A DNA stretch of 10,444 nucleotides from IMG/VR virus record IMGVR_UViG_2703718785_000025, one strand, 5' to 3'. Positions 1-6,999 of the stretch are shown piece by piece. The notes beneath the pieces are model-generated. The model was not told the DNA's origin, searched no databases, and saw only the letters and a list, made by a program, of their open reading frames with translations. The translations under genes and the position numbers were made by a program. How positions within the stretch are numbered: position 1 is the stretch's first letter; the number at the start of each line of letters is the position of its first letter. The stretch is from a virus. Its lineage: Duplodnaviria; Heunggongvirae; Uroviricota; Caudoviricetes.

Positions 1-1020
1 CTACTTGCTAACCACGAGCGGCAAATCCAGTGTTGGTGTGATTTTTGTTTTACGATCGTAAATCAACACCTGATTTTCTGTTTTATGCCCGCTGAAAATT
101 TGTTTGTCGCGACTGCTGCCTTCGTAATCTGAGATCCCCTTGGCTTTTATGTCGTGAAAATTGCACCCGAACGGAACGCCAACTTTTTGCTCGGCTGCGC
201 GTTTAGCCTGATTCCACCAGTTATTCAGCGTTTTAGCTATGACTTTCCCGCCTTTGGTTGTATTGATCACATATTCGCATGTACAGGAAGATACATTTCG
301 GGCTAACTGGATCGCTGTACGTAATCGCGGTGACCATTCCTTGATTTGTTTGGTGCCGGTTTTGTTTTGCTCAATGTAGATCCCTTTATCCATAATATCC
401 TGCCATTTCAACTCAAGCACATCACCGAGTCTTGCCGCACAGAGATAGGAAATCTCCATTGCAATGCGTAACTGTGGAATTGCTTCCGCATATATCGCCG
501 CATACTGTTCATCGGTGATGTAAACAGTGCGGGCTTTAAGAGAGAATTTTCTGACTCCTTTGCATGGGTTATTCTTCACATACCCACGCTCATATCCCCA
601 CCCGTATACTCGACTCAGGCTTGCCAGTTCATGATTTGCCTGGGTCTTGCTCTCAAGCCCTCGTTTATCCATGAAAATTCTTACCTGCTCAGTTTTGACA
701 TTATCAGCAAGCACTTTTCCGAATACCATCAGCAACGCCTTCTGATGTTGTCGATAATCTTTTTGGGTTCGGGGGGCCAGTTCTGTAAATGCAGGGGAGT
801 CCATAAACATGTGCCATAATTTAGCTACGGTCATTATGTTGTGGAGTTTTGCTTTTTCCAGTTCATAATTTTGCCAGACTTTAGCTACGCTGGTTTTCCG
901 CACTCTTCCTAGCCCTATACTTCTTGTACTTCCTTCGGGTTTCCACACGTAACTGTAACCATTCGATCTAACCCGCGGTGGCAGTACATTATCTTTTTTA
1001 TTTTTTCTTGGTCTTCCCAT
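1..1020 (-). CDS. int: Lambda-family tyrosine recombinase (prophage integrase)
   Basis: 339-aa ORF ending at the window edge (TAG at 1..3 on minus). N-terminus MGRPRK...LPPRVRSNGYSY resembles the lambda Int arm-binding region. C-terminal region (NFHD...GHKT...LIYDR) fits a tyrosine-recombinase catalytic tail. ATG at 1018..1020 with GAGG about 10 nt upstream; 5' end overlaps the xis 3' end as in lambda. Confidence 0.9.
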   Translation of the reverse strand: MGRPRKNKKDNVLPPRVRSNGYSYVWKPEGSTRSIGLGRVRKTSVAKVWQNYELEKAKLHNIMTVAKLWHMFMDSPAFTELAPRTQKDYRQHQKALLMVFGKVLADNVKTEQVRIFMDKRGLESKTQANHELASLSRVYGWGYERGYVKNNPCKGVRKFSLKARTVYITDEQYAAIYAEAIPQLRIAMEISYLCAARLGDVLELKWQDIMDKGIYIEQNKTGTKQIKEWSPRLRTAIQLARNVSSCTCEYVINTTKGGKVIAKTLNNWWNQAKRAAEQKVGVPFGCNFHDIKAKGISDYEGSSRDKQIFSGHKTENQVLIYDRKTKITPTLDLPLVVSK

Positions 1021-1240
1021 TGTTCAGCGCCTCAAAATCGGGTTCAGCAGAAACCAGTTCAGATGTTTTTGGCATCGTTGTCAGACCGTGTGGAATATCC
1101 CTGCGGAGAACTATGGGTTCGTTTTTAGGGCCGATTACAAATGGGATGCCGTGCAGTCTTAACTGGTGTTGCTGTTTTGTGTATCGCTCGTATTTCGTGA
1201 TCTCTTTAATCTCTGCTGGAGATAGAGTTAATTCGTACAT
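998..1240 (-). CDS. xis: Excisionase (lambda Xis-like)
   Basis: 80-aa product MYELTLSPAEIKE...NGKTKKK; the MY-LTL start and lysine-rich C-terminal tail resemble lambda Xis. ATG at 1238..1240 with AAAGG upstream. The longer 126-aa frame (to 1378) would overlap the exonuclease gene and was not used. Overlaps the int start by 23 nt. Confidence 0.7.
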   Translation of the reverse strand: MYELTLSPAEIKEITKYERYTKQQHQLRLHGIPFVIGPKNEPIVLRRDIPHGLTTMPKTSELVSAEPDFEALNNGKTKKK

Positions 1241-1307
1241 GTGGTCACGTGCCTTTACAGCATGACCGCCGCCACTATAGCTGGTGGGCGGCGATATGGG
1301 TTGAACA

Positions 1308-2749
1308 TCAAAAATCAGCCTGACTCGGGAGCAGTTTTTGCCAGATGGCTGAAACGTATTTCGCCTGGTAACGTGCATCGTTCAGAGCGTTATGGCGTTC
1401 ACCTTCGAATGGAATAGTCGTTCTTGCGTCGAAATCCATCACCAGTCCCAGAGCAACCATCGTTCTTACATCGCGATCATTGGTGTAACGCCACGGGCAG
1501 GGGATCCCCTGCCGTTCATATGAACGGCGTAAAATCACGTTGTCGAAAGTTGCACCGTTACCCCAGACCTGAACAAAAAATTCACCGGAGTTTTCGTCGA
1601 TAAATTCCCGTAATTGCAGCAGTGCATCATCTAACGGGATTTCATCGGTAAGAATGGCGGATTGCGCTTCGCGTGACTGTTTCAGCCACCACTTAATGGT
1701 GTCCCGATCAATGACTCCGCCAGCAGTTTCCAGATCGATAGTTTTGCTGAATTCTGGCCCCATCTCTCCGGTTTGCGGATCGAAAAATATTGCACCTATT
1801 GAGATAATCGGGGCATCAGGATTTTTTCCCATGGTTTCAAGGTCGATCATCAGATGAATCCCCGCTCTGCTGGTGGATGTGAGATTATGATGACCGTTCG
1901 CCTTAATTAAGGGATCTGACGCCTCGCCAGTTTCACTATCGCTGGCATGATGCTGATTGCCGCCAGTGTTCTCCTTGTGCTGATGCGCAGTGCCTTCCAT
2001 TTCCTCCGGATCATTTTCCTGAACTTCAGGCTGATTCTCTTCATCGAATATTTCCTGGTATGTTGCGTCACTTATCACCGCACCACAATCAGGGCAGCTA
2101 CCGCCGCCGGTCTGACCGCAGGCGGTGCAGGCTTTTTCCGGCTCCTGTTTCGTTTCTGGCTCGTTTTGTTGCGCATTTGGGCTGTTTTGTTCCGTTTTCT
2201 GGTCGTTCTGTTCCGATTCTTGCTGGTTCTGGTTCACAGAATCGCAGGTTTCAATCCCCTTCACCCATTTCGGATCATTCGGATCGCTAATCCCTTCAAC
2301 AAATTCACCACGTGATGCAGCAAGCAATTTATCGGCGTCAGGCTGGCTGATATTGGCTGCCTGCATAATTTTGTTTACTTCGTCAGCGGTAACTTTTACC
2401 GGCTCCGGTTGTACGGAATCTTCAGCGGTATCCACATTTTGCGGTAAGTCCGTGTATGTTCCGTTTTTGCGGGCAAGATATTCTTCTTTCGTGATTTCAG
2501 TAGCCCCGGCAGCCAGTGCCTTATCCAGACCAGAAAGTTTGTTTGCGCGACCGTATTTTTCGCCATCCTTGTCGGTGAAGAGGAAGTAGAACGGCCCCTC
2601 ACGCTCTACAGATGGTTCGACTTCCACTTTGCATTCGGTTTTTTCGTTGTCCGGAATTGCCGTTTCCACTGCATCAGTTTCTGGTACTGGCGACGAGAGA
2701 GTATCAGTTGCGCTCTGATTTGTTCCTTCATCTTCAAACACGCCCTTTG
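1308..2749 (-). CDS. Prophage exonuclease, C-terminal portion: Q/N/E-rich linker, CxxC-x9-CxxC zinc-ribbon motif and DEDDh (DnaQ-like) 3'-5' exonuclease domain; 5' end runs into the assembly gap
   Basis: Frame is open from the stop at 1308..1310 up to the first N at 2750. Exo motifs are visible in the translation: DLETMG (Exo I), WGNGATFDNVIL (Exo II), HNALNDARYQ (Exo III, H-x4-D). CTACGQTGGGSCPDCG gives the zinc-ribbon motif. The M at 2741 in the ORF track is a GTG and not the true start. Confidence 0.8.
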
Positions 2750-2850
2750 NNNNNNNNNNNNNNNNNNNNNNNNNNNNNNNNNNNNNNNNNNNNNNNNNNN
2801 NNNNNNNNNNNNNNNNNNNNNNNNNNNNNNNNNNNNNNNNNNNNNNNNNN
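2750..2850. other. Assembly or scaffold gap (101 N), true length unknown
   Basis: Uninterrupted run of n characters; coding frames on both sides are open into it. Confidence 0.97.
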
Positions 2851-3547
2851 TGATTTTTCCTGTTGAATTTTCAGTGTGCTGTTGATTGGCTCTGGCGCGG
2901 GCGAGATCAACAACAGACGTGTATTTTCCGGTTTCCTTGCGTTCACCTTCGCGACGTTTTTTCCAGATGCGCATCTCTGCCTGAATTTCGGGCCATTTGG
3001 CACCTGGCTTACATTTATGCTTAACCCACCCGATGGCATGCAGCTTAAGCTCCGGATACATGGCGTTAACTTCTGGCATTTTCATCAACGCTTCAACGAT
3101 ATGTCCGTCGAATGTTGCCATGTCTTCCTGCAACAGTTCCTGCGCGCTAATCACCATATCAACGGTGATGTTTTCACATGTGTCGAACTTAACCATGACA
3201 GCGTTCTGTACTTCAGGGGCCAGCTTGTCAAAAGTGACGTTTATCGGATCTGATTCAGTCTCAACCGGGACAAAGGAAGCAGACTCCTCATCCCAGCGGT
3301 TTTCCTGCATATATTCAGCATCCCAGGAATCGAGGGCAGGGCGGGGAATACCGGGTTTATCCTCGCAAACAAGAAATTTATAAGCGCAGTCCTGAGCAGC
3401 CGGATAATGTTCCAGGAATTGCCAGTGAAATTTTGCGCGGGCGCGACGTTCATCACCGGCTTCAATGGCAGTGGCTACAGCGACTGCACCTTCTTCCTTT
3501 ATTGCCTGTTCGTCCGGAATGGCGGCGCAAATAAAGACTTTACTCAT
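2851..3547 (-). CDS. Prophage exonuclease, N-terminal portion (probably the same gene as 1308..2749; proteins of this kind are often annotated exodeoxyribonuclease VIII-like)
   Basis: ATG at 3545..3547 with GAGGT about 8 nt upstream. 232 codons (MSKVFICAAIPDEQ...NSTGKI) are open to the gap edge. The apparent frame shift on the far side of the gap is expected if the gap length is arbitrary. Confidence 0.7.
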
Positions 3548-3641
3548 TTTGTTTTACCTCATTACAGATTTCAGGGTGAACGAATCCCTGCCATTGCTGG
3601 CATTTTTAATCCGTTGGTATGGTGTTAATATGGCTGGAGGG

Positions 3642-3809
3642 TTATCCAGCCGGTGTTTCGTTATTCAGGTACAGCGATACTTTTTTTACCGGGAGGCATT
3701 CACCAGAAATTTTTTGCTCGTCTCTTGCCTGGAGGCAGGATTCTTTACTGGCATAAATTCCGGTAATCACATTCTGTGATTCACCCGTTATAAGAAAAAC
3801 CGTCATCAT
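3642..3809 (-). CDS. Hypothetical small protein (55 aa)
   Basis: Hand translation of the minus strand gives MMTVFLITGESQNVITGIYASKESCLQARDEQKISGECLPVKKVSLYLNNETPAG. It sits 17 nt downstream of the 3827..4015 gene in operon-like spacing. No Shine-Dalgarno seen, and it is below the ORF-track length cutoff. Confidence 0.25.
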   Translation of the reverse strand: MMTVFLITGESQNVITGIYASKESCLQARDEQKISGECLPVKKVSLYLNNETPAG

Positions 3810-3826
3810 CAGTGCAAATGCTGAAG

Positions 3827-4015
3827 TTATTGACGTTCTCCGAAAATACCAAGTTCAAGAAGAGCAATTCGGGAAAGTATGGAATTATCATTGAGCAGAT
3901 AAGGCTCATATTTCCTCATATTAATGGCATCTTCAGTAAACTCCCGGTTACTGAGCAGAACACCAATATCAAAACAACCTTCAGACGTATTAACGTTTGG
4001 TAATAACGTTTCCAT
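3827..4015 (-). CDS. Hypothetical small protein (62 aa)
   Basis: Internal ATG at 4013..4015 of the 97-aa track ORF, with GAGGA 7 nt upstream. Product METLLPNVNTSEGCFDIGVLL...GIFGERQ. No family recognised. Confidence 0.45.
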   Translation of the reverse strand: METLLPNVNTSEGCFDIGVLLSNREFTEDAINMRKYEPYLLNDNSILSRIALLELGIFGERQ

Positions 4016-4032
4016 TATCGCGTCCTCAACAA

Positions 4033-4180
4033 TGAATTTTGTGATGCGGTGCCTGGTGCCTCCAGGTGACGTTAACCAGTTAACAATTAACGCCGGATAC
4101 AGAGAATCCACCCATAACACTGTTTTTGGTTTTAACTGTTCCGCGTGCGCTGAGCCGCATTCACCGCATCACAAAATTCA
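4033..4180. repeat. Perfect 19-bp inverted repeat flanking 110 bp
   Basis: TGAATTTTGTGATGCGGTG at 4033..4051 and its exact reverse complement CACCGCATCACAAAATTCA at 4162..4180. The left arm lies just upstream of the RBS of the 3827..4015 gene. The enclosed segment contains GTTAACCAGTTAAC (4071..4084). Confidence 0.7.
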
Positions 4181-4583
4181 CTTTAAAAAGGGCGGCAGAG
4201 CAGCCACGGAGTAAAACTGATACCGCCAAACGTCACCAGAAAATTGATAACAGAGGGCGTTGCAGCGGGGTTGTCACTTAAGCGTATGGTCAACCTGACA
4301 ACCCGGTGTCCTCAACTGGGGAAGGAATAACCCCGCCATACTTACCGCCGCGCCATTTCGCGGATTGCCACAACCGGAAGCGCACGGTCGACGAAAATTT
4401 AACGACAGGCTATCTATGAACCAGCTACCTCGCCGTGCGCTTTCGCGTTATGGTCTGACTTTTCAGGGAAATATCCTTTCAGTAAACTGTCAGTGCCGGA
4501 TGCTCACCCGTGTCCGGCGCACGCACTCCACCTCACCCGTGGAGAACTCCTTAATTACCAACCTTAGCTTCGTTGGTTAGCTA

Positions 4584-4802
4584 TTAACGCGGGTATGTAA
4601 TCATTCTGGCAATGCTTAATGCCGCTGCTTTTTCCAGATTGGTGATATCCTGCTCCAGAGCGGACAGATTTTCAGCCTGCTTAGCCCTGGCTTCATTGGC
4701 CCATTTCAGGTCCTGCGCTGCCTTAATTTTCTGGTGCATCCACTCATAAAGTTCATCATCGGTATAGTCTGGCGCGATGATGACGGGTTCTCGTTTCTGC
4801 AT
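4584..4802 (-). CDS. Hypothetical small protein (72 aa)
   Basis: ATG at 4800..4802 preceded by a strong AAGGAG 5 nt upstream. Product MQKREPVIIAPDYTDDELYEWMHQKIKAAQDLKWANEARAKQAENLSALEQDITNLEKAAA... No family recognised. Confidence 0.55.
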   Translation of the reverse strand: MQKREPVIIAPDYTDDELYEWMHQKIKAAQDLKWANEARAKQAENLSALEQDITNLEKAAALSIARMITYPR

Positions 4803-4894
4803 GTCGGCTCCTTGTGGTTAGCGCTGCCTGCTTTTAACCACGTCAGGCGAGGTGGTATCCTCTGAGGGGTCTGTTACTCGAGAGGAAATTGGTT

Positions 4895-5095
4895 ATGAAT
4901 ACAATCAAGTTTTCTTGCCCAGAATGTGGTGGCGAAGTCTTTGACACATCCTTTAAACCGCATGGCTCTGACAGTTTCGCGGGAGCCATCTGCAAAAATT
5001 GTGGTCACCTTGTAACTGAAGATGAGTCCTCGCAGTTTGATGACGAAATCGTTGACAATATCTTCGGTGCACTCACCAGAGACTTTCTGAAGTAA
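4895..5095 (+). CDS. Small zinc-ribbon protein (66 aa), CPEC...CKNC
   Basis: ATG at 4895 with GAGG in AGAGGAAA 7 to 8 nt upstream; the track start at 4889 is TTG. Two CxxC pairs (CPECGG and CKNCGH) spaced 21 residues apart, with an acidic C-terminal tail. Confidence 0.5.
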   Translation: MNTIKFSCPECGGEVFDTSFKPHGSDSFAGAICKNCGHLVTEDESSQFDDEIVDNIFGALTRDFLK

Positions 5096-5473
5096 AGGCG
5101 CATACCGCTTAGTTACCGCTCTGATAATTCTTACCTGTCCGGCAATGGCGCTGATATCAATATAAAGCGCCATCGCTGTTTCTTTGCTGATCCCTGGATG
5201 CCTTCCATTCTGATGTTTGACTTCGCCCACTGAGAAATCCTCTGTTTCCCCTTAACGCCGGGGTAGCGGAACAAAAAACCTGCTGCATAGTTAAACGTAA
5301 TCCCCGCCGTCATGTTCATACGCCTCAGGCTGGCTACTTAACCCCTGACCACTGCCGGGTAACTCGAAGTATTGCCCTGCGTTCTGTGGGGCGGGGTGGG
5401 TTTATGGATACAATTTACAAATTAAAATTTAACTGGTCAACATGTTTATTATTAAATTTGTAATTGCGGGCTG

Positions 5474-5502
5474 TTGCATCAGTCCCAAAATGGGACTACT
5501 AT
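5474..5502 (+). promoter_or_regulatory. Putative higBA promoter with operator-like inverted repeat
   Basis: -35-like TTGCAT (5474..5479), 17-bp spacer, -10-like TACTAT (5497..5502). The spacer holds a 7-bp inverted repeat AGTCCCA-aaa-TGGGACT (5481..5497). The predicted transcript start is within a few nt of the higB ATG at 5509 (little or no leader, no SD seen). Confidence 0.4.
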
Positions 5503-5508
5503 ACAGTT

Positions 5509-5811
5509 ATGAAGATTATCTCAGTTAAAACACTCAGGGATTTTTGGGCGGAGAATCCTGATGCAGAACAACCGCTAAGGGCATGGGTGGATGAGGCGGC
5601 AAAAGCTGACTGGAAAAGCCCAGCAGACATTAAGGCACAATACCGAACGGCCAGTATATTGAAAAACCGGCGCGTGGTATTCAACATAAAAGGTAATCAT
5701 TACCGTTTAATTGTTGCAATTGCGTATCAGCGAGGATGGGTATTTGTTAAATTCATCGGAAACCACAAGGAATACGATGCTATTGATGCTGATACCATCG
5801 AACTGGAGTAA
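5509..5811 (+). CDS. higB: Type II toxin, HigB family (RelE/ParE superfamily)
   Basis: 100-aa product MKIISVKTLRDFWAENP...FNIKGNHYRLIVAIAY...GNHKEYDAID, resembling E. coli HigB as recalled from memory. Toxin is upstream of antitoxin, the reversed order typical of HigBA. The track start at 5464 adds 15 residues with no support. Confidence 0.85.
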   Translation: MKIISVKTLRDFWAENPDAEQPLRAWVDEAAKADWKSPADIKAQYRTASILKNRRVVFNIKGNHYRLIVAIAYQRGWVFVKFIGNHKEYDAIDADTIELE

Positions 5812-5813
5812 GC

Positions 5814-6173
5814 ATGAACATCAAACCTATTCGTACAGAGCAAGATTATGAAGCCGCGTTGCGTGCTGTTGAACCCATGTTCGACAATGAGCCCGAAATT
5901 GACACGCCTGAGGGGGATTTTTTTGAGGTGATGTGTTTGCTAATAGAGGAATATGAAAAAAAACATTATCCCATTGAGCCACCATCCCCAATTGAAGCTA
6001 TAAGATTTCGCATGGAACAGCAGGGGCTGACTGTGAAAGATTTGGAACCCGCAATTGGGAAAAAAAATCGGGTTTATGAGGTGTTGAATGGTACCAGAAG
6101 CCTTACGTTACCAATGATTCGCCGTCTTCATAATCAATTTGGTATCCCCCTGGAAAGCCTGGTTGGATTATAA
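5814..6173 (+). CDS. higA: Type II antitoxin, HigA family (XRE-type HTH at the C-terminus)
   Basis: 119 aa; ATG is 2 nt after the higB stop with GGAG 5 nt upstream. C-terminal HTH region LTVKDLEPAIGKKNRVYEVLNGTRSLTLPMIRRLHNQFGIP resembles HigA. Confidence 0.85.
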   Translation: MNIKPIRTEQDYEAALRAVEPMFDNEPEIDTPEGDFFEVMCLLIEEYEKKHYPIEPPSPIEAIRFRMEQQGLTVKDLEPAIGKKNRVYEVLNGTRSLTLPMIRRLHNQFGIPLESLVGL

Positions 6174-6189
6174 AATCTGCTAGTCATTT

Positions 6190-6238
6190 GCCTGATGCTC
6201 GTTCCAGAAAAGGAATGCATCAGGCAGTTTTGTTTTTC
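6190..6238 (+). terminator. Putative rho-independent terminator after higA
   Basis: Stem GCCTGATGC (6190..6198) pairs with GCATCAGGC (6217..6225), followed by GTTTTGTTTTT. The stem overlaps the stop codon of the convergent repressor gene. Confidence 0.5.
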
Positions 6239-6612
6239 TGCCGCAGTAACTCTTCAAGTTTCCGTTTATAGAAATCGCGTTTTTGCTCCATATCACGAAT
6301 GATCTGCTCTGCGTCGCTTTGAGGTAACTCATCTAAAAGCGATATGATTTTTCGTTGTTGTTCTGTAAGTTGCGGTTGGTTGTCATTACTGGATACAGCC
6401 ATTTTATCGCCGAGAGTTTCTTCTTCCATAAAGAACCAATGGACGGGATGTTGTGAGAGCTCTGCTAATTTTTCCAGTTTATCCATTCTTGGCATCACGC
6501 CTTTCAACCAACCTTGCACGGATTGGGGTTTTACACCAAGACGTCTTCCCAGCTCTGACTGGTTTATATTCAATTCCTGCAACACCTGCTGAAGGCGTTT
6601 TACAAAGATCAT
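6220..6612 (-). CDS. Prophage repressor, HTH XRE/cI-type, RacR-like, with no S24 peptidase domain
   Basis: ATG at 6610..6612 with GAGGGG upstream; the track start at 6618 is GTG. 130 aa: MIFVKRLQQVLQELNINQSELGRRLGVKPQSVQGWLKG..., with a C-terminal charged, coiled-coil-like tail. Divergent from the Cro-like gene. Confidence 0.8.
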   Translation of the reverse strand: MIFVKRLQQVLQELNINQSELGRRLGVKPQSVQGWLKGVMPRMDKLEKLAELSQHPVHWFFMEEETLGDKMAVSSNDNQPQLTEQQRKIISLLDELPQSDAEQIIRDMEQKRDFYKRKLEELLRQKNKTA

Positions 6613-6667
6613 CACCACCCCTCGTAAACTAGTTCCGCGATCCTACAGAAAAAATTGATAAGTGGCA

Positions 6668-6706
6668 TTACAAATAGAAGTTGAAATTTAAATTTAAATT
6701 TGTAAT
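6668..6706. promoter_or_regulatory. Operator-like inverted repeat in the divergent repressor/Cro-like promoter region
   Basis: ATTACAAAT (6668..6676) and ATTTGTAAT (6698..6706) form a perfect 9-bp inverted repeat 21 bp apart. Three tandem AAATTT units lie between them (6685..6702). Rightward -35-like TTGAAA at 6681..6686 and -10-like AATTAT at 6704..6709. Confidence 0.5.
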
Positions 6707-6738
6707 TATCGGTGTCATCGTAAAGTTCGGAGGGAAAC

Positions 6739-6999
6739 ATGCAAAAAAGTACTCAAGTGAAAATCCTGTCAATAATGAGCCAATCAGAATTAGGGCGTCG
6801 TCTTGGTAAAACACCGCAAACCATAAGTGGGTGGTTTAAAAAACGAGTGCCAGCGGAGGAGGTTATACCAGCATGTGAGGCGCTTGACTGGGGAGTAACT
6901 CCGCATGAATTGCGCCCTGATAAATACCCTAATCCAACCGATGGTTTACCTGTTGAGTATCAGGCTAACGCACAAGCAGCGGCGGGAGTTGATTCATGA
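6739..6999 (+). CDS. Cro-like HTH protein (YdaS-like)
   Basis: 86 aa; GGAGGG 3 to 8 nt upstream of the ATG. HTH SQSELGRRLGKTPQTISGWFKK is nearly identical to the repressor recognition region. The ...PAEEVIPACEAL...ELRPD region recalls Rac YdaS. Stop overlaps the next start (ATGA). Confidence 0.8.
   Translation: MQKSTQVKILSIMSQSELGRRLGKTPQTISGWFKKRVPAEEVIPACEALDWGVTPHELRPDKYPNPTDGLPVEYQANAQAAAGVDS

Noticed and set aside
998-1378. Longer 126-aa version of the xis ORF
   Set aside because: The N-terminal extension would overlap the 3' end of the exonuclease gene by about 70 nt and adds residues unlike an excisionase; the internal ATG gives a typical 80-aa Xis.
1947-2589. Three plus-strand ORFs (122, 76 and 154 aa) inside the exonuclease gene
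   Set aside because: Antisense to a well-supported coding region and produced by the low-complexity repeat tract. Translations are Cys/Phe/Leu/Arg-rich nonsense.
2606-2850. Continuation of the N-terminal exonuclease frame through the N-run to 2606
   Set aside because: Artefact of translating through an arbitrary-length gap; the real downstream frame is the one ending at 1308.
3924-4214. 96-aa plus-strand ORF spanning the 19-bp inverted repeat
   Set aside because: No RBS, overlaps the start of the better-supported minus-strand gene, and the frame is maintained largely by the inverted-repeat symmetry.
4365-4580. Arg-rich plus-strand ORF considered as an N-like antiterminator
   Set aside because: Wrong orientation for a leftward early operon, TTG or weakly supported ATG start, no boxA/boxB-like nut site found nearby, and it lies in the hairpin-dense segment better explained as noncoding.
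4033-4583. Retron msr/msd, CRISPR array or tRNA in the ORF-free region
   Set aside because: No reverse transcriptase gene nearby, no regularly spaced direct repeats, and no T-loop-like GTTCGA/GTTCAA motif in a cloverleaf context. The integrase-proximal attachment site and any tRNA would lie beyond position 1, outside the window.
4874-5230. 118-aa minus-strand ORF overlapping the zinc-ribbon gene
   Set aside because: Starts with GTG, the first internal ATG (5171..5173) has no convincing RBS, and it lies antisense to an ORF with a clear CxxC...CxxC motif and a good RBS. Most likely an antisense shadow ORF, though a degraded gene remnant in 5100..5230 cannot be excluded.
5131-5319. 62-aa minus-strand ORF with GAGG upstream
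   Set aside because: RBS spacing of about 3 nt is too short, the product is compositionally odd, and it overlaps the other doubtful ORF. Kept out of the feature list; a small basic or membrane peptide is not excluded.
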